Assembly (NCBI GenBank): GCA_964234715.1
Contig: OZ174279.1
Reading direction: 5' to 3' (one strand)
Length of the DNA: 64,000 nt
Source: Podarcis melisellensis
Taxonomy: Eukaryota
The translations under genes and the position numbers were made by a program. This document shows, in pieces, positions 41,264-53,748 of the stretch; the first letter of the stretch is position 1; every line of letters starts with the position of its first letter. The notes under the pieces are model-generated. The model was not told where the DNA came from, did no database searches, and saw nothing but the letters and a program-made list of their open reading frames with translations.

Positions 41264-41865
41264 TTTCTTGGAATGCTTTGGAGCCTCCAACTTATCTATA
41301 ATGTATGGTGCAGAGCAAGGGAGAAAAATGAATATTTGGTCTGTGTAGTATGAATTTCGGGCACACGTGTGACTTTAGCTTTAAGAAACACTTGTTAACA
41401 TTACTGTTTTGTTTAACAGCTTTGCATTATTTCCAGAATGGAACAATGATTCAGAGCACTGTAAATTTTATCCATATTATGCCTGTCTCACTCCTCTTTG
41501 TTCTGCAGCTTCTACCTCTGCAGCATCAACAACCCTTGTTTTAGTCTTCCAGAACAGACTGCATCAGCAACTGCTGCTGCAAGGGAGTTTTAAAAAATAC
41601 ATTAATGCAAGGCTTATCAACCTGGCATCCACCAAGGCATTATTTCATGCCCTGAGCATGAACCTTGATCCTCTGATACCCAAGCACTCTTTTTCAAACA
41701 ATTTCTGGCATTTTAAGAACCAGAGATATGAGGCCAGATGTACAGACACAATTGTTCTCAATTTTTGTGAGAAATTTGCCTGCTGTGCCTCCCCTTAAAC
41801 CCCCCCAATTCCTGTATCAAGAGAAAGGTGTGTGTGAGAAAAGAGGTGAATGAATGTGGTCTGTA

Positions 41866-42029
41866 TCTTAACCTGATACTTAACCAGATACTCAATTGGT
41901 ATCTGAAGAAGTGTGCATGCACACGCAAGCTCATACCAAGAACTAACTTAGTTGGTCTTTAAGGTGCTGCTGGAAAGAATTTTTTTTTGTTTTGACTATG
42001 GCAGACCAACACGGCTATCTATCTGTAAC
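41866..42029 (+). mobile_element. Second, longer Penelope-like short retroelement with hammerhead motif; 11-bp TSD
   Basis: TTGGTAT-CTGAAGA-A-GTGTGCATGCACAC-GCAA-GCTC-ATACCAA. Nearly identical to 38540-38634 over ~95 nt. TSD TGTGGTCTGTA at 41855-41865 and 42030-42040. Confidence 0.75.
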
Positions 42030-42299
42030 TGTGGTCTGTAACAGGGAGATACGCACTTGGGCAATGGAGATGTGCAGTGAGTGTGTGCATGAAGAGAATA
42101 TGGTGTGGCACCTTGTATATTTTTCTTGGAAGTGGGAAATGCTCCTACAGCAACAGTGTATATGTGTGTGTGATCAATATTGTGCAATCTCCACACTCAG
42201 GGAACAGCAGGACATAGTTAACTTCCATGGTAAGCCCAAGGTTGTCTGAGGTGGGGTTGAGTAAGCAACAAGGGCTGTATCCTCTTTAATTTTGCATTA

Positions 42300-42514
42300 C
42301 AGTGGTACCTCGGGTTACATACGCTTCAGGTTACAGACTCCGCTAACCCAGAAATAGTGCTTCAGGTTAAGAACTTTGCTTCAGGATGAGAACAGAAATT
42401 GCGCAGCGGCAGCAGGAGGCTCCATTAGCTATAGTGGTGCTTCAGGTTAAGAACAGTTTCAGGTTAAGAACAGACCTCCGGAACGAATTAAGTACTTAAC
42501 CTGAGGTAACACTT
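42300..42514. mobile_element. Tc1/mariner (Tigger-like) MITE with TA TSD
   Basis: TA|CAGTGGTACCTCGGGTTA ... TAACCTGAGGTAACACTT|TA. Confidence 0.85.
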
Positions 42515-43858
42515 TATGCTGTCCCCATGCTAGCCGTGTTGTTTTTGTGCTTTCCCATGCTCCTTTCCATGGCAGCCATTTTGTGATTCACTGCACCTTC
42601 TCAAAATTCTAAATACGACTACTGATCTGAAAGGTTTGACGGCCACTGCATTAACCCCTCTACTGTGACTTGCATTATGACTTGCTCATTCACATCCCTT
42701 GCTCTACTGTTAGGTTTCCAATGAAGCTACCTATCTACAAATTGCAGGTTTCATATTCTCTAGCTATTATGGGAGACCTGTGGCAGTAGAAAGGGTTTTC
42801 TGCCTGTTGCAACCTGAGAACATGCACAGGAAATGTCCAATCACACGCTAAAGGAGATGTTGGCTATTTTGCAGAAAGTGGGTCATCCACACTCACTTGA
42901 CACACTTAATCCTTGCAAGCCACAGCAGTGTGAGCTCTGGGAAGGCAATCTTGTGGAGTAGGCATAGGCAAGCAGTATAATGCTGCTGTGTAATTAAATT
43001 TGGATCCCAGAAGTATATATAGTAGCTTGAATTTTTTAAAAAATGGATCACTATTCTTCATCAGTTGCAGTATTTTTACTGGATAATGGTATTGATTTTA
43101 AATGCAACACACCAGTTGGGGAAGGAGTGAAAAACAAGAGTAGAAGGGAATGGAAAGGATTTCAAAAAGAAATGAGGATCTGGAGGGGTAGAAAACAGGC
43201 CAACCTCCATCCCACCCCAAGTCATACACACAAGGAGGCAGGCAGTTTTAAAGCATTTGATTCTTTATTGCCCTTCAACATGAAGAATGTTACATGTAGT
43301 GTTGCTTGAGTGCTGACCTGTGTTCTCATTTATCCTTGACAGATGCCCATGAGGCAGGTGGCACCTTGGATGCTTCTAGTGAGCAACTTGCTTCATCAAA
43401 GCCTAAAGGTGAACTGGGGCCTTATGAGTTCCCGCCATCCATTCTGTCCCTCCCAGGCTCTACTCGCTGCCTGAAGAGTGTGAATTCTTAAAGGACCAAT
43501 CTGTGGAATGATAGCTGGAGCTTCTCCCTCCTACAGCCTCTTGCCATTGGGCAGACACAGAGGAAAGAGAGGTATGTGGAAGGTTCTCAAAGGGTTTTGG
43601 CTCAGCTTCAGTATCTGGAACTTGGTGGATGGTGGACAAGCCCTGCATGTGGCAGGCTGATTCTCTTCTGACTCTAATGTCAAAGTTGAGGCCATGGCAG
43701 AATAGGACTGGGAAGGCCCAGGTTCAAATCCCTAGTAGATGATGACACTGACTGGGTTACTATACCAAAGCCTAACCGGCCTCAGTGTTGTTATGAGACC
43801 AAAGTCCCCAGAGCTGTGGGGTGTGGGCAAACATTGCCCCTTGTTATAGTAGCAAGTA

Positions 43859-44089
43859 CAGTGGTACCTTGGGTTACATACGCTTCAGGTTACATATGCT
43901 TCAGGTTACAGACTCCGCTAACCCAGAAATAGTGCTTCAGGTTAAGAACTTTGCTTCAGGATGAGAACAGAAATCGTGCAGCGGCAGCAGGAGGCCCCAT
44001 TAGCTAAAGTGGTGCTTCAGGTTAAGAACAGTTTCAGGTTAAGAACAGACCTCCAGAACGAATTAAGTACTTAACCCGAGGTATCACTG
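43859..44089. mobile_element. Tc1/mariner MITE with TA TSD, same family as 42300-42514
   Basis: TA|CAGTGGTACCTTGGGTTA ... TAACCCGAGGTATCACTG|TA. Near-identical interior with one extra GGTTACATATGCTTCA unit. Confidence 0.88.
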
Positions 44090-44646
44090 TATGTCCCTCT
44101 CATCAACTGATAACACAAAAGAGGGCCACTAAGTCTCAGCTGCCTCTATAATTGGCAAATAACAGGGCTGTAAAAAGTTGTTCCTCCTGCCACTGTAATG
44201 AGCTACCACAGAAGCAGAACAAGAATAATATTTACCACGTATCCCATATCAGGAGGAGCCAATTCCCTCACATTGATTTATGGACACCATTTGACTGCCA
44301 AACTGGGGGCCCAGTGAGATCTGGATGATGGGCTTTCAGCTTTGGGACTCAGCCCCACATGTTCCAAAGCAATTTAACTCCTCTTTTCCTAAATGTGCCC
44401 TCTGAGTGACTTTCCCTAATGCTTGTAGCCATGAAGGGCCTCTCTTTACCAAGGACTGTCCCACTCCCAAAATGCCCTCTCTCTTCCTGTAAACATTTGA
44501 TAAAAAGCAACCCTTTGTCCCAAAGTACATCATCTGCCATCAGTGCAAAATCTGTTTTATATCAAGGTTTTGAAAGGGTGAACATGACACAACTAAATAC
44601 ATGAAACAAAATATCCAAAGAGCACAATAAGAATAAAGTTCAAAAC

Positions 44647-44652
44647 TTTATT
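44647..44652 (-). terminator. Candidate polyadenylation signal for ABLIM1
   Basis: Minus strand AATAAA-GTTTTGAACTTTATTCTTATTGTGCTCTTTGGATATTTTGTTTC, with a downstream U/GU-rich element. Confidence 0.55.
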
Positions 44653-47574
44653 TGTTTACTTGGTTTGAGTACAACAGTGATGTAGATTATAGTGGGGTGG
44701 TTGGGTGAGATGAACAGCAATGACGGCCAATGTTTCGTTTTGCAGAAGAAGCAGACTTAACAGTATAGATAGGTATTGGTGATTTTTTTTTTCTTAAACA
44801 GAGGCTCCAAATCAGAGCTGTCCTACAACAAAGGAGGAAGAACAAACAAACTTAACGGAAATAATCTGAAAAAGGCTACTTGGTTGCATTCTGGAAATTG
44901 GCTGCCCAGGAAAGGGAAGAAACATGTAATTAAAAACCTTGCAGTTAAAACTTATCAAAGTGGTGCAAAATATATCTCATTAAAGTGATCTTCCTACAGA
45001 ATATTAATAAGGCTCCCTCACTACAAGGGTTGTCAGCAACTTTTACTATTTTGCACCAAATGATGTCATTAACAATACAAAGTGTTGTCATGGGAATACA
45101 CAACAGTTGATAAAGGTTCTTTACTGACCTTGCTGGCTGAGAAATAGCCTAACTGACTCTTTCCATCAAATTCCATGGGATTTACATCAGACCTCAATTG
45201 TGCCAGTTGCTTCAATGACAGATTAGTTTGGAAAACAGGCAATGCAAAGTAGTATTTGTTACCCTTGAAGAACCAGGCCTGGGAGCAAAGAGCAGCATGA
45301 ATTTGCCACTGATTTATACTGCTGAACACCACCAGGTTGCTGAAGTTAATTACCAAACCTCCTGTTAATGTTCATGGGTTTGGAAGGAAGTCCCTAGAAA
45401 ATAATGATCCAACTTATGCAGTGTTATCATTCTGACACATGGGTGAACATCTTCAAGATGTAATAATGATTCCACTCGCCTGCCCCATTAGAAAGCATTT
45501 TGCACAAAGAAGAAATTCACAAAATTACCTGACACCCACATTATTTTCTTATGTCATGATTTGGGGTTAAACTATGCTTATTTGGCCACCTTTTCAAAGG
45601 CAGAAATTCAAGAAGGGCCTCTGTAGATTTGCCACTTTGGGGGGCAGCTATATTTCAGGCAGAAATTCAACTAGCATTGCTTCCCCCCCCCTCATGGAAC
45701 TGTTGGGAAAGCAACACCTGAAAAAAATAATTTGTTTGTTTACTTATTGCTACAGTCTCTTATTAGGAAGAAACTGTCATATTTGGAAAATAATGTCAAC
45801 TAAAATGTTGCATTCTTTACAGTAGATGGGATTTGGGATCAGGAAGTAGAAATGTGTGAGAGAAGGGCGGGGATAGAGAAAAATCTCCTTAGTTAAGCAC
45901 CAACAGGAAGCTCTCGCTGTGTTAGGACATGGCATTCTTCTGTGTGGCTGGAGCCTACAGAATATTGGTTCCCCACATGTTTAGAGGGCACATGAGATAT
46001 TTTCCAAGTAGAAACCATGCAACAAGTGGTTCACCCACACTTTTAGCTTCTCTTAATCGCTGAGCTGAGGGACATCTGCTCAGCATTTGAGCCAACTGGG
46101 AAGTGATGCCATGCTTGGCAGTATAGAAAATGTGTAGAGTGCTGAAATCAGCTGGTGGGACTGGAATTGGTTAATTTGTTTCACTGCATTCGGGAAATAC
46201 TATCTGTGCCCCTTTCTGTGAGACAGAGAGAAATGTATCTCCAGAGGTCATAGGCTGGAAAGCGGTAGCATGAAGAGAAGTGCAAAGCCAAATCACTGAG
46301 CTGTTGGATGTTGTGGCAGTGACAATAGCATGCCTAGGAATAAGGCATAGAACAGCCAGCCCATATATTCCTTTATAGATTAGCTTCCAAACCATTGTCT
46401 GATCTTGGTACAAATAGCCATTTTTTCCTCCACTGAACAGTGTGGCCTATTGCAGGCCATTAATCCAGAATGTTCTTTTGATTGTAAATGGCAGGGAGTT
46501 TGAACTAATGAGTCAACACAATATAATGATGGAAAGTGTTACAATAATGCTAATACGGATTGAAAGTTTATTGGAGCATCCTAATGCTGCTACAACATCA
46601 TGTGGGATATGTGACAGATTTTAGTGGGTGAGATGTTTAGGTTTCCACAAAACATGGCTAACCTCCCCTGCAGAGCTGGGGTCCTTATTATTCTGCTGCC
46701 AGCACTCTCCTCCTGCTAACTGATAAAGGATCTGGCATATGACTTTACCAGGGAGCCACTTCATAAGCTGGTCATCAGTGTGGTGGTGAAAATGTTACCG
46801 CTCACTCTGCTTCCCAGAATTATGGTGTAGACATGTGGTAAGTTTATTTTCACCACTTGACCAGACTTTCACAAAAGACATGTGCTTGCATTTTACCACA
46901 TGTTCTTCTACAAATCAATATATGATGCATGAAAGATCCTCTTTATGGGCTTGGATGACCAACCTATCAAGCGCTTCTATGATAACGCCTTTTGGCAAAC
47001 GGTTCTCTCTGCTGAGCTCTTAAATTTAAGAGCAGGAAGTCCTGAATGTCCTGCCCCTCAAAGGCATCCTTCAGGGGCTGCCATCCTATACATGCTTGAA
47101 CAGAAGGAAGTCTCATTGAAGACAGTGGGCTTTACTTCTGAGTAAACATGCATAGTATTTCCCTGTAAGTGACATGCTAGTGTCAAATTTCTATTGAAAA
47201 CAACAGTGAAAACGGCAACAATCACCACTCCAAGTAAAAGATAAACGTATCAAGTGCATCCTACTGTTGGCAAGAAACAGCTCTGGAGTCTGTGAACATA
47301 TGTTATTAACTGTTCTGAAATGAACAGAATATGCACAGCCCTCTAAGCAGTTCTGCTAGATGGGGGCCACTTCACACAATGCTCAGGACTGCATGTAGAT
47401 GAGGGAGCATCACTGAATTCAGAAACTGTCTTAGGCGTTCCTTCTTCTAGGCACTGAGGATAAATAAAGCAAATAGCCTAGGCTGCAGCTTTGAAATATT
47501 ACAAAAAAAGAAAACCCAAGCGCTCTAACTATGGGTGAGCCTGTAGTTGCCTGAATAAAACCAAATCAAATACT

Positions 47575-47946
47575 GACCTGGTTCCTATGTCATGCTAAGC
47601 CAAATGCATGGGCTCCAGGAGTGCTTCACTTCTTCATGGTCCTGCTGCCATGCGACACTGTGCTAAGCAAAGGCATGGCTCACTGGGTCGTCTGAACCCA
47701 GGCTTGTGGTTTAGCTCACTCCAGACTTAACCAGAAGTTGCAACCAAGATTTGCCCTATGATTCATGGTTTACTCAGGAGAGCTAAACCTCGAGCCTGGG
47801 TTCAGATGACCCAAGGCAAGGTTTAGCTTAGCACAGCAGTACAAGGACCAGGGAGGAGCAAAGTCACTACGGTCTCCTCTCTGGGAACATGTACAGTTGC
47901 ACTGACTAAGCCATGATTTGGCTTAGCATGATATGCAAATCAGGCC
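47575..47946. mobile_element. Long palindromic (foldback) MITE-like element
   Basis: Outer arms TCATGCTAAGCCAAA / TTTGGCTTAGCATGA. Inner arms GGGTCGTCTGAACCCAGGCTTGTGGTTTAGCTC / GAGCTAAACCTCGAGCCTGGGTTCAGATGACCC. Confidence 0.75.
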
Positions 47947-49223
47947 ATTACTTAACTTGATAGTGTGCTGTGTCATCAAAGCATCCAAGAAAGTGGCTGA
48001 TCTGTCATTTTTTAGCAGCAAAATTTCCAGGAGGTGTCTTGTTTCTTAGCATCTCTTCTACAAAGTGGATTAAATACCATTTTTTTGTCACAGACATTCT
48101 GGAGTTCAGCTGTACAGCACGCCAATGGATGTATGCTGGTATAGGCGACAGTAGCCCCGATTCAGTCGTTCCTTTGGTAATGGGATGGAACTTGCTTTGG
48201 TGTAGTCAGGTCCCTTCCCACACTATTGATGTTTGCAGGGTTGAGCCATCTTTGCAGGGATGATGTGATTATTTCCCATCTGCTAGACATCATAACAGGT
48301 GGTGACAGCATGGGAAGCAACGACATAATTGCAAGAGCCCACATACTAGTCCTTTAGAAACATTACCAAAGCAGCATGTGGCTAGCCCATGCCCCATGGA
48401 TTGCCACATGGCACAAGTAGCATCTGAATTAAGCCTACACCTGTATTTCACTTTGGAAATACTTTTCTTAACACAGAACGAGAAAACCAACTCTTTCATT
48501 TTTGGCTTGCTCCTCTTGTTAACACTTAGCAAACTCGCTTAAAGCCGGACAAAGGGAGGAGAGAAGACTTGACAATGAAATAAGATAATTTGTTCTTAAG
48601 ATTCCTAGCAGATGTGCGCAAGTGCAAGCTGGGAGTTTCCTTGCAAAGAATTTGGCTGGTATGCAGCAGAACTCTGGCTCAGTGGCCTGCTTTGCTGATG
48701 GGCACTGCAACAATAATAGGCCATTTGAAGGCAAGGCCAATTAATTGTAATGGCTGTGCCCAAAGGATAAATATATTACACAGGATTCCTTCGTTAGCTA
48801 CAGAATATAGTCATTCATTCCTTGGAGAAACCATGACGACGTAATTGTGGGTTGGCATCCTATTGGCACTTCCTGGCTCTATCAGCATTGCCCCTTGACC
48901 TTTAAATAAAAGTGAAGGGAAATGAGGGAGGGCAGAGCAGCTCCACATTATGTATTGATGCCATGTAAAAACTTTATAATGCATAAAGACCACTGCTGAG
49001 ATTTAGAATGTCAACATTTTTGGGTCACAACTCTCTGGCAAGCTTGAAAGGCCCTTGTACAACTGCAAGGAATATATAGGTGCCTTTCTCAGATTTTCCC
49101 TTTAACCCCCATTTCCTCTCTCTCTCTGTCTCTCGTGGTTGCTCTCCAAAAAGCGTTTGAACTTAAGTATGATACATTATCCTATATGTGGTATTTTCTC
49201 CCCTCCAAAGGAGAGAATGGGAT

Positions 49224-49337
49224 TCAGAAGAGTTTGGCTTTCTTCTTCATGTCATTGCGTCTCCAGAGAGGTAATTTATCAAATTCCTGTATCGTCATGC
49301 CGAATATTTCTTGGAAAACCTCAGGTGCTAAGTGACG
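49224..49337 (-). CDS. ABLIM1: ABLIM1 last coding exon, villin headpiece C-terminus ([37 protein letters not shown])
   Basis: Acceptor CTTCCTTCAG. 37 codons plus TGA, with the villin headpiece LPLWRR...KKKAKLF motif nearly identical to recalled human ABLIM1. Confidence 0.97.
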   Translation of the reverse strand, partial: RHLAPEVFQEIFGMTIQEFDKLPLWRRNDMKKKAKLF

Positions 49338-49452
49338 CTGAAGGAAGACAAGGAAAAGGGCAGCTATCAGTCCAAATGTTTAAACAAGAGACTTGTATCC
49401 TTTTAAAACCATTAGCCCAAGCATCTGTTTGGGGAATCTGATATTCTCTTAC

Positions 49453-49533
49453 CTCCAGCCTGGTTCTATCCACTTCTCGTAGAATTTTACTTCGCCCTCT
49501 GTTGGACACCATGAGCAGTTCATAGGGGAATAT
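49453..49533 (-). CDS. ABLIM1: ABLIM1 exon (IFPYELLMVSNRGRSKILREVDRTRLE), villin headpiece N-half
   Basis: AG/GT boundaries (TTAACAG|ATA...GAG|GTAAG), 81 nt, phase 0/0. Confidence 0.97.
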
Positions 49534-50104
49534 CTGTTAATGGTATACAAGAAGCATTTATGTAGATTTAGAGCACCCCAAAAAGACACCATTAAGCTCA
49601 CAAGCAGAATGCAGTCACTGTTGGCAGACAGCTTCAACTTTGCTAAAAGGCTGCCTTAAGTATTTGAGTGTAATGTGCACTGTTTCCTTGAATCCTTTGT
49701 TCCTTAAAAAATAAATAAATCATACTTAGCAGGATGTCTATAGGAGTTCATTTTTGTACAACATCATACTAAAAATATATGTGGATTCTGCATATAATCC
49801 CATTTCATTTTCTGGATTATCCTTGATGGGGACATTGCCCATTTTGGTTTGTTCACATGAAAAATAACTACTTCATTAATGAAGGTACAATCGTTAGGTC
49901 TGAACAAGTATCTCAATCATGTGTCTTTTCTTCCACCCTTGTCCAGTCCAGTTGAAGCTGATTTTTCACATATCCACCATAGCTAGCTACCTAACTTGTT
50001 CTGCTGATTCAGTGGTTTTCTGTGTTGTGGAATTTACTAAGCAATTTAATAGGTGTTTCTTGATTAGAAGATAGTAATGGTGGACATGTTTCTCTTATAC
50101 TAGA

Positions 50105-50247
50105 CATAGAATTATAGAACTGTGGTGTTGAAAGAGACCATGAGGGTCATCTATTTGAACCCCCTGCAATGCAGGAATCCTTTGCCAATCATGGAGCTCA
50201 AACCCATGATTAAGAGTCTTGTGCTCTACCAACTGACCTATCCCAGC
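50105..50247 (-). mobile_element. SINE with tRNA-derived head and CR1-derived tail (Squam3-like)
   Basis: Minus strand GCTGGGATAGGTCAGTTGGTAGAGCACAAGACTCTTAATC (tRNA-like A-box) joined to a CR1 3' end (ATTCCTGCATTGCAGGGGG...TAGATGACCCTC...ATTCTATG). Confidence 0.65.
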
Positions 50248-51580
50248 TCCATGCAGTAGAGGTTGGTCTATTCTGCTAAATGGATCACTGTCCCACCAAC
50301 CTCAGTCTGCCCCCAGTCAGCCCCAACTTGCCTGCCTTCTTACTTACAACTAATATACTGGCTATCACCTTCCTCCTCCTTAGTTTGAGTTTTGAACGTG
50401 TAGGGCAAACAGGTATAGGGACAAAACTAGAATTGGCTCTGCTTGTCATTGGCTCTAGCTCTATCTACCATTGACTCCCTTTCTACCCTTCTAACCCCCA
50501 ATGGACACCAGTCACCACAGCATAATAAAGGGATTGTTTTGTCGACACTTCTGCTTGTTCCAATGCTTTCCCCTAGGAAAACCTACTCTTTACTGCTGAA
50601 TTGGAGCAAATGTCAATCAGGTTTTCCATAATGCGGAATATGGTGTAACAGTAGGAGGAAATGAAACTTCTAGTCCTTTCTAGCTCTATCAAGATATCTA
50701 AACAGGAGTTCTTTATCTGAGCTACTGGCTGAATATGCCAATGATAGGGGCCCAATTTTCCTCTCCTTGAAGGTAGTAAGAGACTTTTGTCAATTTTTTA
50801 AAACTGTCAGTAAAATGGTGGGACCTAATTGAGACTGCTAGTTGTTTTATCAGCTGCAACACCTAATGAAGATTTCAGAAGTACAATAAAGAAGATAAAG
50901 TCATCAAACATATACCACTTAGTTTATTGTAATTATTTAAATGATGTGTACTTTATATACAGCTTGGAAGAGAATTGGTAGTGGAATATGACAATTATAC
51001 AATTCACTTTACTATATAACTTTAAATACATTTTTTTAATGCTATACAATGCAACATAAAACTAACATACATTATTGTAACAAAATTAGCCAAAATTCCA
51101 CAAACTTTGCTGAGAACTTTGAAGTCATTAATCATATTCTTATATTTTACAAAACCACAGAGTAGTGCTCTTAAAAATATTTTGAGTCCAAAATTGGGCA
51201 AAATTCTCAGGTTGGTTGCTTTCATGGTTGGCATCAAGCTAACGCTTCTCGTCAGTACAAGGATTTATGCTAAACTTCCCATCTCCCATAAACTTCCCAT
51301 ATATGGCCTCCCCAAATCTGCTTTGGAGAGTTGAGGAATCCACTAGAAGAGATTTAGGGAGCACCAGGCAAGGAGAGGCGGAAAGTTATGTTGCACAAGC
51401 ATACATTCTTGTGCTGGTGGGACAAGTTCATTGGATACAGCCCTATAGTTTTAAAGATCAACTATTATGACAGTGGTGAGGAATTTATGACCTGTGGGCC
51501 TAATCAGGTTCAGCATGGGGTCCTGCTGCAAGGCTTTCCACCTGCTCTAACCTCATGTCACACATGACATCAGTGGTGTG

Positions 51581-52139
51581 CAGTGCTTTTTTTCAGCAGG
51601 AGTGTGCCAGAACGCAGATCTCCCCACTCACCTCTTGCCTCTACATACTTCTGAAAAGCCCAAAATGAACATTTCATGTCAAAATGGAAGCTGTCCAACA
51701 TGTGTGAGTCTACACTTTTTCTTAAGATCCATAACTCCACCTAGCTCCGAGTTGCTCCTAGCTGTGACTGGTCAGGCTATGGGGTGGGGCCAATTCGTAG
51801 TTCCTTTTCTTCAATCAACCCCTTGTGTAGCAGCAGCAGGTTTTAAGCTTTGCTGCCAGGTCTCTACCGTTGCACCTATGTGTAATTGTGCGAGGGCCTG
51901 AATATAAGAAAACGAGGAAAGTGGTGGTGCATTTATTTGACCTGCACCAGAACGAGGGGAAATGCCCAGACTAGCTAGGGAGACAGTTTGCTGTCGGTTT
52001 TTTTTAGCACCTCTGCAGGCGGTGAACATGGCTTCTATCAAGCCGGCATCTGTTTAGGGCTGCCTTGAGTCACCTGGTTACTTACTGTAACAACTTCATG
52101 GTGAGTTCCAGCACCTATTTTTCTTGAAAAAAAGCACTG
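51581..52139. mobile_element. Non-autonomous DNA transposon (hAT-like), 13-bp TIR
   Basis: CAGTGCTTTTTTT ... AAAAAAAGCACTG. Imperfect 8-bp flanks GTGGTGTG / GAGGTGGG. Confidence 0.7.
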
Positions 52140-52505
52140 GAGGTGGGGTAGGTAAAGATGTGGCTCCCTGCTGAAAGGGGTGTTTAGCGGGCACCACTGC
52201 TCAGTTACAGACTGTGCCCTGTGGGTTCTTATTACAGTGGCTGTCAGAAGCTTGGCGCTGAAAGCTTACCAGTTTCAAGTTTTACTGAACGCTGCTGTCT
52301 ATTCCCCATGAAATATTAGCTGCTCTTGCCCTGTATACATCAATGACATATGTCCTACAGTCCAAAGCAAGATAGGGCTGGCACATAAGGAGCAACATTT
52401 TTGGGGGTGAGGGGGACAGACCACAGGGCTACAAGCACAAACTACCACCATTTCATAGGCAAACCATCACTGTCTTGAAGGAAAGTGAATAATGTCTACA
52501 CTTGC

Positions 52506-52580
52506 CTTTGGTTCCAACATGTTAGGCATAGACACTCCTCGGTCCATTCGCATTCCGGGGACATGACCATCTGGGAGGGA
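52506..52580 (-). CDS. ABLIM1: ABLIM1 exon (SLPDGHVPGMRMDRGVSMPNMLEPK), GC donor
   Basis: GATACAG|TCC...AAG|GCAAGT, 75 nt. Matches recalled human TLPDGHMPAMRMDRGVSMPNMLEPK. Confidence 0.95.
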
Positions 52581-53748
52581 CTGTATCAGATATAGGTAAA
52601 CATCAGACACACAGGTTACATGCACACACACATAGAAAGGGTAAAGGCATTCAAGGTGAATATGGACATGAATTTATACTATGATCCCATGTTAGATTTT
52701 TACATCAGCCAATGGAATACTATGATTACGTACTCCTTAAGCAAGTTAACAATCTGGTTTCTATGGTGTCCAACAAAAGCATTCCCAGTAGTAAAGATTA
52801 AGTAGCAAGTTAAGAGAATCTTTCTGGTTCTAAGGACCAAAGAACTGACCTATTGGATCAGACCAAAGATCCATCAGATCCAGCATTCTGTTTCCAAGAG
52901 TGGCTAGCTAGATGCCTCTGGGAAGCTTATAAACAGGGCTAGCAGGCAGCAGCATTTCCCCCCAGTATCTGGTATTAATAAATCAGTTTGTAGGGGAGGA
53001 AGAGGAATGACGGGCAATATTGTCTCACAGAACTGACTTGTCATCTTCTATGTTACTTTTCCAGCTATACTTTACTCTGACGTTTTTGCTCTGTTGTAAA
53101 AAAATCTGCCCAGTAAAATGGCAAGTTCCTACCTATCCCAGGCTGGAAAAGACTTTCCACATTAATAGCATAATATGCAATAAAGATTCTGTCCAGATCA
53201 TCTCTTCATAAGAATTTTACATAGAATTTAGAGTTAGGGCTGGCGTTTAGAAGAAACAACAACTCTTTTTATTGGTCAATCAATGGATCTTCCTGTCAGT
53301 GTTATATGAGGTCATTTGCTGGCTATTTCTTCCATGCCCACAACCACATACAAAGGAGGAAAGGTCAGGGAATCGTATGTGGAAAATAGGAAGATGGTAT
53401 GGCTTCAGAAAGAGGAGAGTTATTGTCTGGACCTCCCTTGTTTGGAACCAGAGAGATCAGGAGAAACCTGATGGAGAAACAACTGCCACAGGTGGCTTTC
53501 AGGTCAGTCTTCCAAAAGCTTACCAAGCAAGTCACAAAACTGGCCTATGCAAGGTATTGTGTTAGCTGTGCCCTTTTCCACAGTGATATAAGTTTACATC
53601 ATTGGTTAGAAATGAAACATGCAGATAAACATGTGCTAAGAAACTCTTCCCTGTAGCGGAAATTCAGACTTGAGTCACATAGTGGATGAATTGTCGATGA
53701 AGTTGGTTAGATACTTGGTTACTTGATGGAAGAAAATCTGTACTGTAC

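Larger units (their letters stand above)
44630..49223 (-). other. ABLIM1: Inferred ABLIM1 3' UTR (~4.6 kb)
   Basis: Follows the stop codon at 49224. Repeat-poor, with a minus-strand AATAAA at 44652-44647 followed by a U/GU-rich tract. The end point is inferred. Confidence 0.55.

Noticed and set aside
50200-50247. tRNA-like sequence
   Set aside because: Degenerate SINE head fused to a CR1 tail, with no intact cloverleaf. The same applies to the Sauria SINE heads.
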